A stretch of 61,915 bases of DNA from Minisyncoccia bacterium (GTDB taxonomy: Bacteria; Patescibacteriota; Minisyncoccia; Phycocordibacterales; UBA918): positions 1-61,915 of the forward strand of contig JBGSJJ010000011.1 in the NCBI GenBank assembly GCA_041742075.1, given 5' to 3'. Shown here one piece after another: positions 8,984 to 17,900 of the stretch. Every line of letters begins with the position of its first letter. Position 1 is the stretch's first letter. Made by a program: the position numbers and the translations under genes. The notes under the pieces were generated by a model. It was not told the DNA's origin. It saw only the letters and a list, made by a program, of their open reading frames with translations, and did not search any database.

Positions 8984-10246
8984 TTAGGCAATCAAGTCTT
9001 TTCCGAAGTATGGGCGAAGTGCTTCCGGCACCACAACCGTACTATCTGCTTGCTGGAAGTTTTCAATCAGTGACACCAAGATACGCGGTGTCGGAATAGC
9101 GGTACAGTTAAGCGAGTGGGCGTAGCGCATCTTCCCTTCAGCGTCTTTATAGCGGATATTGAAACGCCTTGTCTGGAAGTCATGAAAGTACGAAGCAGAA
9201 CTAATTTCTCGATACTTGCCTTCAAGTGGTACCCAAAGTTCGATGTCGTACTTCTTCACCTGACCCTGGCCAATGTCTCCTCCGCAGTTCAGTACGGTGT
9301 GGTACGGAATACCGAGTGATTCAATAAACTCTTCGGTGTTGCGGTTGATTTCTTCATGCAAACGCACTGACGTCTCGTGTGAAGCTTCACAAAGCACCAC
9401 TTGCTCAACTTTGAAAAACTCATGGACGCGGATAAGTCCCTTGGTGTCTTTACCATGACTTCCCGCTTCCCGCCTATAGCAAGGTGAAAACGCTAAGTGC
9501 TTAATCGGAAACGCTGACTCAGGAATGATATCGTCAGCGTAATAGCCCATAGTAGAGACTTCACTGGTACCAATCAGGTAATCATTGTCTTGCGTGTTAT
9601 AAACATCTTCGGCATCATTTGGCAGGTGGCCCGTACCATAGAGGTTACTCTTGCGCACAATAGTGGGACCAAGCATTGGAGAAAAGCCCTTCTTGTCCCA
9701 AAACGCATTGGCGTAGTTCCAGATAGCCCAAGAAAGACGAGCTCCGTCACCGATTAAATAATAGCCTCGGAAGCCGTGCACCTTGGTACCGCGGTCAAAG
9801 TCAACCATCTTGAGTTTGGTCATGAGTTCAACATGGTCCTTCGGCGTGAAGCTGAAGTTTGGCTTCTCTCCCCACACCTTCACCTCTTCGTTATCAGCAT
9901 CACTGTCGCCATCGGGAACCGACATATCAGGAATGTTTGGCACCTGGAGCATCAGCGTCTGCCACTCCTCCATCACTGGCTTTAGTTTTTCCTCATCAGT
10001 TTGGATTTCAGTTTTTAACTGCTGCATTTCCGCAATCAGTTGATGACGAATAGCGCTATCACTCGCTCCGGCAATTTCGGTAGAGACTTTGTTCTGCTCA
10101 GCTTTTTTTGTCTCGAGCGAAGACATGATTTCTCGTCGTTCTTCGTCGAGTGTCATGAGTCGATCAAGGTCAACCTTGATTTTCTTTTTTGTTGCCGCCA
10201 TCTTCACGATGTCGAGATTTTCCCTGATGAATTTGATATCGAGCAT
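8984..10246 (-). CDS. serS: seryl-tRNA synthetase
   Basis: N-terminal coiled-coil arm (MLDIKFIREN...), class II core (FSPCYRREAGSHGKDTKGLIRVHEF, GQGQ). Confidence 0.95.
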   Translation of the reverse strand: MLDIKFIRENLDIVKMAATKKKIKVDLDRLMTLDEERREIMSSLETKKAEQNKVSTEIAGASDSAIRHQLIAEMQQLKTEIQTDEEKLKPVMEEWQTLMLQVPNIPDMSVPDGDSDADNEEVKVWGEKPNFSFTPKDHVELMTKLKMVDFDRGTKVHGFRGYYLIGDGARLSWAIWNYANAFWDKKGFSPMLGPTIVRKSNLYGTGHLPNDAEDVYNTQDNDYLIGTSEVSTMGYYADDIIPESAFPIKHLAFSPCYRREAGSHGKDTKGLIRVHEFFKVEQVVLCEASHETSVRLHEEINRNTEEFIESLGIPYHTVLNCGGDIGQGQVKKYDIELWVPLEGKYREISSASYFHDFQTRRFNIRYKDAEGKMRYAHSLNCTAIPTPRILVSLIENFQQADSTVVVPEALRPYFGKDLIA

Positions 10247-10400
10247 AGTAGGTAAATATTATAGTTATCTATTATACACAAGCCTCTCATACAATCTAGG
10301 TAGTGCAAACACAGAAATTAATTCTACCTATCATTAATGATAGGTAGCAATTTTGTCGATAGTTTCTTTGCCAAGGCCTTAGAAATGATACAATTTCAAA

Positions 10401-11285
10401 ATGACTTATCCTATTTATTCCCTTTCGCCTCGGGAATTTCCGACCTCAGGACTGGGTTTACTGACGGAAATCCCCCAGCCGCCAAAGTCTCTTTATTACC
10501 GTGGAGTACTTCCTCCTTCAGAAATTACCCTACTTACCGTTGTCGGTTCACGGAAGTACAGCACGTACGGTAAGCAAGTAATCGATCACCTCATTGGTGG
10601 ACTTCGCGGATATCCGGTTGGAATTGTCTCTGGTCTAGCGCTTGGCACTGACTCGCTGGCGCACGAAGCTGCACTAGCAAACAATCTATACACCATGGCA
10701 GTTCCCGGCAGTGGCATACAGGACGACACGCTCTACCCAAGAACAAACCACGGACTTGCTAAAAGAATCCTTGAACGAGATGGGTGTCTCTTATCTGAGT
10801 TTCCCCCTGAGACCAAGGCTGCTCTTTGGACCTTCCCGCAGAGAAACCGGATTATGGCAGGTCTCGCACCGGCTACCCTCATTATCGAAGCCAGTGAAAA
10901 GTCGGGCACGCTCATCACCGCCCGGATGGCGACTGACTACAACCGCGAACTACTGGTGGTACCAGGAAATATTTTTTCCAAGAACACCGTCGGTCCACAC
11001 CAATTTTTAAAACTCGGCGCAACGCCTGTTACCAGTGCAGTCGATATCTTATACGCGCTAGGGATTGACCCGGAGAACAACACCAAGAGTAGCCAGGCAA
11101 ACATATATAAAGACCTTAGCCCTGAGGAGCTTTTGGTTATTGAGCTCTTAGTCGAGCCGACCGAAAAGGACGAACTCATTAGAAAGTTGAACCTGCCAGC
11201 GCCGGTTCTAAATGTGCTGTTAATGCAAATGGAAATCAAGGGTTTAATCGCTCAAGAACGAAACCAGTACCGGGCTGTTATTTGA
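10401..11285 (+). CDS. dprA: DNA-processing protein DprA/Smf
   Basis: VVGSRKYSTYG, IVSGLALGTDSLAHEAAL, GTLITA. It sits directly upstream of topA, the usual synteny. Confidence 0.9.
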   Translation: MTYPIYSLSPREFPTSGLGLLTEIPQPPKSLYYRGVLPPSEITLLTVVGSRKYSTYGKQVIDHLIGGLRGYPVGIVSGLALGTDSLAHEAALANNLYTMAVPGSGIQDDTLYPRTNHGLAKRILERDGCLLSEFPPETKAALWTFPQRNRIMAGLAPATLIIEASEKSGTLITARMATDYNRELLVVPGNIFSKNTVGPHQFLKLGATPVTSAVDILYALGIDPENNTKSSQANIYKDLSPEELLVIELLVEPTEKDELIRKLNLPAPVLNVLLMQMEIKGLIAQERNQYRAVI

Positions 11286-11327
11286 CATATATATGTAGAG
11301 GTAGTATTTGTATCAGGACTACTCTCT

Positions 11328-13694
11328 ATGGTAACAAAAGTAAAACAAACTCTGGTAATCGTTGAATCCCCTGCCAAAGCCAAAACAATTGAGAAATACT
11401 TAGGCGCTGGCTATACCGTCACTTCCTCAATTGGGCACGTTCGCGACTTACCGAAAAGCAACAAAGACGCCGTCGACATCGAGGGGGGTTTTATTCCGCG
11501 CTACATTATTTCTCCTGGCAAAGAGAAGGTTATTAAAGAACTTCAAAAAGCGGCCAGCAAAGCTGACGAGGTACTTCTGGCGTCTGACCCGGACCGCGAG
11601 GGAGAAGCGATTGCCTGGCATGTGGCTGAACTCATTAAAGGTGACAATGAGAACCTAAAGCGCATCGTTTTTAACGAAATTACTGAGGGTGCAGTGAAGG
11701 AAGCAATTAAGCATCCGCGCGACCTTGATATAAACCTAAAAGAAGCCCAGGAAGCACGGCGCGTGCTTGATAGACTGGTCGGGTACGACCTGTCTGGTCT
11801 TATTTGGAAAAAAGTCCGCTATGGCCTTTCCGCTGGTCGAGTACAGTCACCAGCTCTTCGTATCGTCATGGAACGTGAACGCGAAATCCGGGCTTTCATT
11901 CCAGAAGACTTCTTCGTCTTAACTGCGCACACTGAAAAAGCCAAACTGGCCATTCCGTTTACCTGCACAGTTGAACCAAAAACAAAAGAAGAAGCTGAGC
12001 GCATCAAGAAAGTCGGAGAAGCCCATCCGTGGGAAGTAACTGAAATAAAAGAAGCAGAAGCCAAGCGCTCTCCTCGCCCTCCGTTCACTACCTCTACTCT
12101 TCAACAAGCCGCCTCAACCCGCCTTGGCTTCTCACCTTCACGCACCATGGGAGCGGCTCAGAAACTCTATGAAGGAGGATTCATTACCTACATGCGAACC
12201 GACTCTACCAACATGAGCGCTGTCGCGCAAAAACAAATTATTGCGCTGATTCATAGTGACTACGGTAAAGAGTACGTAGCACCACGCACCTATAAAACGA
12301 AGAGCAAGTCTGCTCAAGAAGCCCATGAAGCCGTTCGTCCAACCAACTTTGCGAAGCATACTGTCGGCGCCACCGGCGACCAAAAAGCCCTCTATGAACT
12401 CATCTGGGCTCGAGCAGTTTCTTCACAAATGAGCGATGCGCGCACCTTGCGGACGAAGGTGCTCACAAACATAACTGGATCAAAAGAAACTATTCCTGAC
12501 TTTGCGGTAAACGGCGCACGAGTGATGTTTGATGGCTGGCTGAAGGCCGACCCACGAGCGCGTGGTGAAGACACCGAAGTACCTAAGCTCGCCGTTGGCG
12601 ATAGTCTCACGCTGAAAGAAATCGAGCTTGAAGGCAAGCAAACTCAGCCACCAAATCGCTACTCAGAAGCCGGTCTTATTAAAGAACTAGAAAAGCGCGG
12701 AATTGGCCGGCCGTCGACCTACGCGTCTATAATGAAAACTATCACTGACCGCGGGTATGTGCTTAAAGAAGGCCGAACCCTTATCCCGACCGATACCGGT
12801 GACGTCGTGTCTTCGTTTCTTGAAGAACACTTTGCTGACTACATCAGCGACACCTTTACGAGTGAAATGGAAGACGAACTAGACCAGATAGCTGAAGGCA
12901 AGCGTACCTACGAAAAAACCCTACGGGAGTTCTATACGCCATTTCAAAAAGATGTGGCTGGAAAAGAGCACATCGAGAAACTCACCAACTTAGGCGCTGG
13001 ACCAAAAGAGTTCCCTTGCCCCAAGTGTGGGAAAGACATGGTGATTAAGCTCGGCCGGAATGGCAAGTTTCTTTCTTGCGCTACCTTTCCTGACTGCGAT
13101 GGTGCACGACTCATAAACGGTAATGAGCTTACTGCGGGCGAACCGCTTGGAAAACATCCTGACACTGGCGAGGACATCTTTGTTCTTGATGGTCGCTTTG
13201 GACCATACGTACAGCTTGGACCAACCCCTGATAAAGCTGACAAGAAAGCACCCAAGCCAAAACGAGCCACGCTCCCTGCTGGCAAGAAACCTGAAGAGGT
13301 TACCCTGACTGATGCGGTTGAGTACCTACTCCTCCCCCGAGAGCTTGGCGTCCACCCAACTACTGGTGAACCCATTGTCGCAAACACCGGTCGCTTCGGC
13401 CCATACATCGCTCACGCGGGTGATTTCCGCTCACTGAAAGGAGCTGACAATCCATACGAAATTACTTTTGAGAGAGCCATGGCTATCCTCAAAGAACCAA
13501 AACAAGGCCGTAAGGGTGAAAAGCTGGTAAAGGAACTTGGGGTCCACCCAAAGACCAAGAAACTAATCAACGTCTACGAGTCAAAGTCGGGACGCTACCT
13601 TAGGAAAGGCTTTAAGCGTATCTCACTGCCTGACACGGTAAAACTTGAACACTTCACTCTGGAGGATGCGGTTGTACTGCTTGGAGGAAAATAG
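11328..13694 (+). CDS. topA: DNA topoisomerase I
   Basis: TOPRIM start LVIVESPAKAKTIEKYLG, the active-site Tyr region (ITYMRTDS) and C-terminal zinc-ribbon repeats. Confidence 0.95.
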   Translation: MVTKVKQTLVIVESPAKAKTIEKYLGAGYTVTSSIGHVRDLPKSNKDAVDIEGGFIPRYIISPGKEKVIKELQKAASKADEVLLASDPDREGEAIAWHVAELIKGDNENLKRIVFNEITEGAVKEAIKHPRDLDINLKEAQEARRVLDRLVGYDLSGLIWKKVRYGLSAGRVQSPALRIVMEREREIRAFIPEDFFVLTAHTEKAKLAIPFTCTVEPKTKEEAERIKKVGEAHPWEVTEIKEAEAKRSPRPPFTTSTLQQAASTRLGFSPSRTMGAAQKLYEGGFITYMRTDSTNMSAVAQKQIIALIHSDYGKEYVAPRTYKTKSKSAQEAHEAVRPTNFAKHTVGATGDQKALYELIWARAVSSQMSDARTLRTKVLTNITGSKETIPDFAVNGARVMFDGWLKADPRARGEDTEVPKLAVGDSLTLKEIELEGKQTQPPNRYSEAGLIKELEKRGIGRPSTYASIMKTITDRGYVLKEGRTLIPTDTGDVVSSFLEEHFADYISDTFTSEMEDELDQIAEGKRTYEKTLREFYTPFQKDVAGKEHIEKLTNLGAGPKEFPCPKCGKDMVIKLGRNGKFLSCATFPDCDGARLINGNELTAGEPLGKHPDTGEDIFVLDGRFGPYVQLGPTPDKADKKAPKPKRATLPAGKKPEEVTLTDAVEYLLLPRELGVHPTTGEPIVANTGRFGPYIAHAGDFRSLKGADNPYEITFERAMAILKEPKQGRKGEKLVKELGVHPKTKKLINVYESKSGRYLRKGFKRISLPDTVKLEHFTLEDAVVLLGGK

Positions 13695-13725
13695 TATTTC
13701 TCAAATCACATAATGGACGCAAAAA

Positions 13726-13746
13726 GGGTCGCGCGCTGCGCGACCC
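13726..13746. terminator. bidirectional GC hairpin between topA and ORF 13776-13988
   Basis: GGGTCGCGC-gctg-CGCGACCC. Confidence 0.6.
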
Positions 13747-13775
13747 TACCCTTCTCCTCACAATGTATTGAATCC

Positions 13776-13988
13776 TTATCTCCCCATAATGCTAAGCAGT
13801 TCCGAGGGATCTGCCGTGTTTAAGGATTCCATCACCCTTGCAATCACTGCTGGATTAGTGATTTTCCGCACGAGTTTGGGTTCGATCCAACCGCAGATGG
13901 CTTTAGCCATGGCTTTATCTGCGCATGACTCGCCTGGTGCGTAGAGTTGACCGCAGAACTTGCAGGCTACTTCGGTATTATTCGGCAC
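13776..13988 (-). CDS. small Cys-containing hypothetical protein (70 aa, GTG start)
   Basis: An AGGAG box lies 8 nt upstream of the GTG. CKFCG...C motif. Visibly GC-richer than its neighbours. Confidence 0.45.
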   Translation of the reverse strand: MPNNTEVACKFCGQLYAPGESCADKAMAKAICGWIEPKLVRKITNPAVIARVMESLNTADPSELLSIMGR

Positions 13989-14052
13989 GATGGTGGCTCC
14001 TGTTATATGTACTTCATCTCCTTAGATGAACTCAATTTATAGCATATATAAT

Positions 14053-14080
14053 TTGCATTGTAAAAATCCCCACGTACAAT
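14053..14080 (+). promoter_or_regulatory. sigma70-like promoter (TTGCAT, 16-nt spacer, TACAAT) ending 6 nt before the rel start codon
   Basis: TTGCAT 14053-14058, TACAAT 14075-14080, ATG 14087. Confidence 0.45.
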
Positions 14081-14086
14081 GACTTT

Positions 14087-15646
14087 ATGCATACCGCTAA
14101 AGAAATTATTGCTCAGCTCAAGAACCCGAACGAGGCGGATCGGCTCTTGATTGAAAAAGCGTTTGAATTTAGTGCCAGAGCTCATGACGGTCATAAACGC
14201 TACTCCGGAGAACCCTACATGTCGCATGTGGCGGCAGTAGCGTACCAACTGGCTCAGATTGGTATGGGTCCGCGTACCATCGCGGCCGGCTTGCTCCACG
14301 ACACTATTGAAGATACAGACATTACGAGTGAAGACATCATGCGCGAGTTTGGTGAAGAGATACTTTTCCTCGTTGAAGGTGTTACCAAACTGAGTTCTGT
14401 TCGTTACTACGGTAGTGATAGACATAACGAAAGTTTGCGAAAGTTGTTTGTCGCTACCAGCCAAGATATCCGTGTGGTTATTATCAAACTGGTTGACCGC
14501 CTGCACAACATTCAAACATTGGAGTTCGTTCCTAGAGAAAAGCAACTGCGAATCGCCCGCGAAACCCTGGAGATTTACGTACCGGTAGCACACCGTCTTG
14601 GTATTGGGCGGATTCGAAAAGAACTCGAGGACTTGGCCTTTCCCTATGTGTACCCGGAAGAGTTCAAACGAGTCCGGACTCTCCTTGACCAGAAATCAGA
14701 AAAGCTGGAACACATCTTAGAGAAGGAACGCAAAACTGTTCAAAAGCGACTCGCTGAGTCTGGACTCCTGACCTTCAATACTTCTTATCGCGTCAAAGGT
14801 TATTACAGTCTGTACCAGAAGCTCAAACGAAGAGAGTGGGATATCGAAAACGTGTATGACCTACTGGCGATGCGAATAGTTGTCGATTCGGTTGAAAACT
14901 GTTATCGAACTTTGGGAATTATTCATGAAATGTGGCGACCGCTCCCAAAACGAGTAAAAGACTACATTGCATTTCCTAAACCAAACGGTTACCAATCACT
15001 TCACACCACAGTAACCACCCCCCATGGCACGATAATGGAGATTCAGATTCGTACCAAAAAAATGCACCAGGAAGCTGAGTTCGGTGTGGCTTCGCACATT
15101 ATCTATAAAGATGACCCCGAAGCGGAAACCCCCCAAAGTAAGGGTTCATGGTTTAGCAACCTCGTTCCGTCTCTTTTCCGTCCATTTGCCCGACCAGAGA
15201 TTGTTCCTGATAAGGAAATTAAAGTAACTCGTGATAAACCGCACCAAGAAAAAATTCCGTTATGGATCAATCAGATTGGCGAGATGTACACCAGTGAAAA
15301 AGCGTCAGGACAAGAGTTTGTCGATGATATGCGCAAAGATTTCTTTAGTAACCGGATCTTTGTTTTTACACCGGTTGGTGATGTGGTTGACCTACCGGTA
15401 GGAGCAACTCCGATTGATTTTGCCTACGCGATTCACTCTGAAATTGGCGACCACATAGCTGGTGTGAAGGTCAACAAAAAATTGGTTCAGCTTGATACTG
15501 AGCTGCAAAATGGTGACATTGTAGAAGTTGAAACCAAGAAGAATGCGCACCCGTCACCCAAGTGGCTCCAAATAGCCAAGACTTCGATTGCGAGAAGAAA
15601 AATAAAAGCTACTCTCCAAGAGCGTGACGTACAGAATGGAAAATAA
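14087..15646 (+). CDS. rel: RelA/SpoT homolog (HD hydrolase, (p)ppGpp synthetase and TGS domains; no ACT region)
   Basis: HD motif LLHDTIEDT, synthetase block YDLLAMRIVV...GYQSLHTTV, TGS GDVVDLPVGATPIDFAYAIHSEIG. Confidence 0.9.
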   Translation: MHTAKEIIAQLKNPNEADRLLIEKAFEFSARAHDGHKRYSGEPYMSHVAAVAYQLAQIGMGPRTIAAGLLHDTIEDTDITSEDIMREFGEEILFLVEGVTKLSSVRYYGSDRHNESLRKLFVATSQDIRVVIIKLVDRLHNIQTLEFVPREKQLRIARETLEIYVPVAHRLGIGRIRKELEDLAFPYVYPEEFKRVRTLLDQKSEKLEHILEKERKTVQKRLAESGLLTFNTSYRVKGYYSLYQKLKRREWDIENVYDLLAMRIVVDSVENCYRTLGIIHEMWRPLPKRVKDYIAFPKPNGYQSLHTTVTTPHGTIMEIQIRTKKMHQEAEFGVASHIIYKDDPEAETPQSKGSWFSNLVPSLFRPFARPEIVPDKEIKVTRDKPHQEKIPLWINQIGEMYTSEKASGQEFVDDMRKDFFSNRIFVFTPVGDVVDLPVGATPIDFAYAIHSEIGDHIAGVKVNKKLVQLDTELQNGDIVEVETKKNAHPSPKWLQIAKTSIARRKIKATLQERDVQNGK

Positions 15647-15679
15647 CAATCGCCGACCCATGGGTCGGCGATTATTATT

Positions 15680-17035
15680 TTAGAGATTAAAGTTTCTCAT
15701 TGAATACAACGAATCATCATCCTCACTTTTCTTTGGTGGTGGCGGTGGTGGTACTTGCACTACCTCAGGTTGTGGGTTAATTGTATGTGGTACCTGCGGG
15801 ACCTGCGGTTTGTATTCCCACTGCTGTTCTTCTTCAACCAGTTGATAGCGACTTTGGTCATAAACGGGAGTTGCTAAAGATGCAGTTTCTTCATTGACTC
15901 GCATCTCAGCTACATAATCGCTCACTGGAATAGCGTGGTGTACAGTTTCTTCGGCCTTATCTTCTAAGTCGGCTGACAAACTAGCCACTTCAGCACTATA
16001 GACTACCGCGTCTTCAATTGACTCAGAAACTGCCTGCTCTACTTCGAGTACTGTCTCGATGTCTGTCCTTGGTAGTTCCTCCTGAGAATCTACCTGTTCT
16101 ACTTCAGGCACAGCCTCAAGTGGTGTTGCGGAAACCAGCCTCTCTACTACTACCGCACTGCTTTCCTCTCCTTCCTCAGTACCGGCCAAATGAAAATCAG
16201 TAATTTTACCTTGCGACTTTACGATAGCGAGTAGTTTGTTCAAATCCTCCTCTGAGAAGTAATCAATAGTGAGTTTACCGCCAAAGTCTGTTTTAGAAAT
16301 CTGTACACGGGTACCAAGACTATCGGTAAACTCTCGCTCAATTTCAATCAAGTGCGGGTCTGTACCAAGCCAGTCATGTTTTCGTACTTTGTCAGTCGCA
16401 ATCTTGCGCGCAATCCGCTCTACTTCACGAACTGAAAGTTTTTTAAGAAGAATCTCTCGATAGACAACATCTTGTTCTTCTGGACGTTCTTTAAGCATGA
16501 GAAGCGTACGCGCATGACCTTCACTGATGTCTCCGACTCGAAGTGAAGATAGCATATACTCAGGCAAGCCAAGCAAGCGGATAGTGTTTGAAACATACTC
16601 TCTAGAACGGCCAACTTTTTTTGCCACTTCAGCATGCGAGAGTTCAAACACCTCAGCAAGTTGTTGAAACGCTAGCGCCCGATCAACAGCATTAAGGTCT
16701 TCACGCTGGAGGTTTTCAATAATTGCCAGTTCAAGTTTTTCTTGCTCGGTATCCTCGCCAGAGCGAATAATAACCGGCACTTGTTCAAGTCCAGCCAGTT
16801 TTGACGCACGCAGACGTCGTTCTCCGGCAATTAATTCGTACTCTGTACGGAAAGAACCATCATCTCGCGGAATTTCTTTACGAGTTACGGTAAGTGGTTG
16901 CAAAATACCGTACATGCGAATCGACTCTGACAACTCTTTAAGCTTGTCTTCGTTAAATTCGCGCCGTGGTTGATACGGATTAGGAACAATTTTTTCTACT
17001 TCCACCCAAAAAATGGAATCACCTTGAAATGACAT
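15680..17035 (-). CDS. parB: ParB/Spo0J-like partition protein with a long acidic, Pro-rich C-terminal extension
   Basis: PNPYQPRREF, LIAGERRLRASKLAG, an HTH region, then roughly 170 aa of low-complexity sequence ending PPPPPPKKSEDDD. Confidence 0.85.
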   Translation of the reverse strand: MSFQGDSIFWVEVEKIVPNPYQPRREFNEDKLKELSESIRMYGILQPLTVTRKEIPRDDGSFRTEYELIAGERRLRASKLAGLEQVPVIIRSGEDTEQEKLELAIIENLQREDLNAVDRALAFQQLAEVFELSHAEVAKKVGRSREYVSNTIRLLGLPEYMLSSLRVGDISEGHARTLLMLKERPEEQDVVYREILLKKLSVREVERIARKIATDKVRKHDWLGTDPHLIEIEREFTDSLGTRVQISKTDFGGKLTIDYFSEEDLNKLLAIVKSQGKITDFHLAGTEEGEESSAVVVERLVSATPLEAVPEVEQVDSQEELPRTDIETVLEVEQAVSESIEDAVVYSAEVASLSADLEDKAEETVHHAIPVSDYVAEMRVNEETASLATPVYDQSRYQLVEEEQQWEYKPQVPQVPHTINPQPEVVQVPPPPPPKKSEDDDSLYSMRNFNL

Positions 17036-17155
17036 ATACGAAAATACCTCCGAGCGGTTACCTCTTTACGATGCTCGTTTCTGTCATTCTAGCACAACCC
17101 TCTTAGACCCTCTGTTTATAACTTTGTCATTTTCTGCTACACTCTTCCTGGCATT

Positions 17156-17237
17156 GCCTCGGTGGCGGAATTGGTATACGCGCACGACTCAAAATCGTGT
17201 ATCGCAAGGTGTGAGGGTTCGACCCCCTCCCGAGGCA
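17156..17237 (+). tRNA. tRNA-Leu (anticodon CAA), class II with a long variable arm
   Basis: Acceptor GCCTCGG/CCGAGGC, anticodon stem CACGA/TCGTG, loop CTCAAAA, T-arm GAGGG-TTCGACC-CCCTC. Confidence 0.9.
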
Positions 17238-17246
17238 CAAAATTCA

Positions 17247-17275
17247 GAGTCAGACTTTTGTCTGGCTTTTAATTT
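17247..17275 (+). terminator. Rho-independent terminator after tRNA-Leu(CAA)
   Basis: AGTCAGAC-tttt-GTCTGGCT followed by TTTTAATTTT. Confidence 0.65.
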
Positions 17276-17279
17276 TGTT

Positions 17280-17377
17280 GGAGGGGGTTGAAAACCTTTT
17301 GAGATAGATTTGACTGAAAGGAAAATATATCCAAAAGGTGTACTGAAGTAGTAAACTTCGACCCCCTCCCGAGGCAC
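17280..17377 (+). repeat. tRNA-tail mimic element, type 1 (Leu-CAA copy 1)
   Basis: GGAGGGGGTTGAA (antisense of the T-loop/T-stem), P2 CCTTTTG...CAAAAGG, GTGTACTGA, hairpin GAAGT-agtaa-ACTTC, then TTCGACCCCCTCCCGAGGCACAAA. The last segment is 24 nt identical to the tRNA 3' end. Confidence 0.85.
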
Positions 17378-17440
17378 AAATTGACAAGTCGTAATTAATG
17401 GTGAATCGGGAGGCACAGCTTTTTTGCTAAAAAAAGCGTT

Positions 17441-17520
17441 GTGCGGGGTCGAAGCCGTTGCCAGTTGCCTGCAACGTCAACGGGTACTGAAACTGTAAGT
17501 TTCGACCCCCTCCCGAGGCT
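17441..17520 (+). repeat. tRNA-tail mimic element, type 1 (Leu-CAA copy 2, short core)
   Basis: GTGC-GGGGTCGAA, P2 CCGTTG...CAACGG, GTACTGA, hairpin GAAAC-TGTAA-GTTTC, then the tail CGACCCCCTCCCGAGGCT (one mismatch to the tRNA). Confidence 0.8.
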
Positions 17521-17600
17521 CAAAATTTAAAGTCGGACTTCTAATTGCACTTTAGTGAAAATACTTTACACTTTGACCTGAACTGAACAGGAGAATAAGT

Positions 17601-17774
17601 ATGTCTGAACCACTGACCCAAGAACAAGCTGAAACTGCCCTTGTGAGAGCTCGTAACGCACTTCGCGATTCTGGTCTTGAAGGAGATGATCTCAGGCTTG
17701 CTCTGGACGCACTGAACCTTTGGACATTCGCACTGGAAAAGCTAACAAGGGGTATTCCAGTGTCAAAAAAATAG
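17601..17774 (+). CDS. small helical hypothetical protein (57 aa; below the ORF-track cutoff)
   Basis: ATG preceded by AGGAGAATAAGT. Translates MSEPLTQEQAETALVRARNALRDSGLEGDDLRLALDALNLWTFALEKLTRGIPVSKK*. Visibly GC-richer. Confidence 0.4.
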   Translation: MSEPLTQEQAETALVRARNALRDSGLEGDDLRLALDALNLWTFALEKLTRGIPVSKK

Positions 17775-17900
17775 TAAAAGTGGGATATGTTTTTAAGCTC
17801 GCGTCGACCACAAGTCGACGCCTTTTCATATTATTTAATTAAAGGTATTGTAAGAGTATCGCCAAAACCAGCACACGGAACATGGAAGGATACCGTACAC

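Noticed and set aside
10247-10400. Possible T-box or other leader upstream of serS, and riboswitches in the other long spacers (2198-2452, 34807-34972, 56318-56490).
   Set aside because: I could not find a specifier-loop/T-box consensus (AGGGUGGNACCGCG-like) or any other recognisable riboswitch core by eye. This remains unverified without an Rfam scan.
14003-14593. Long antisense or alternative-frame ORFs inside well-supported genes, for example 14003-14593, 12944-13408, 39292-39834, 35416-35901, 46716-47186, 49860-50366, 52567-53040 and 56910-57425.
   Set aside because: Each lies wholly within a strongly supported gene on the other strand or in another frame, and each translation is compositionally odd (Ser/Arg/Pro-rich).
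17300-17312. The TTGACT hexamer inside the type 1 core (GATTTGACTGAAAGG), considered as an internal promoter.
   Set aside because: No acceptable -10 lies at 16-18 nt. The hexamer is altered in the Gln (GATTGAGCG) and Leu-TAG (ATTCGACC) copies and absent from the divergent cores, and the region is predicted to be base-paired.
17189-17416. ORFs in the track that run across the tRNA/tail-element arrays: 17189-17416, 19797-20195, 19907-20239, 37054-37278, 37332-37520, 37475-37723 and 37841-38023, all on the minus strand.
   Set aside because: They overlap tRNA genes and the structured repeats. They have no ribosome-binding sites and give low-complexity translations, so they are by-products of repeat sequence rather than genes.
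17218-17521. Repeated units with variable sequence between them, which could in principle be a CRISPR array.
   Set aside because: The repeats are copies of tRNA 3' ends. Spacing is irregular, there are only 2-5 copies per locus, each locus has a different repeat, and there are no cas genes.
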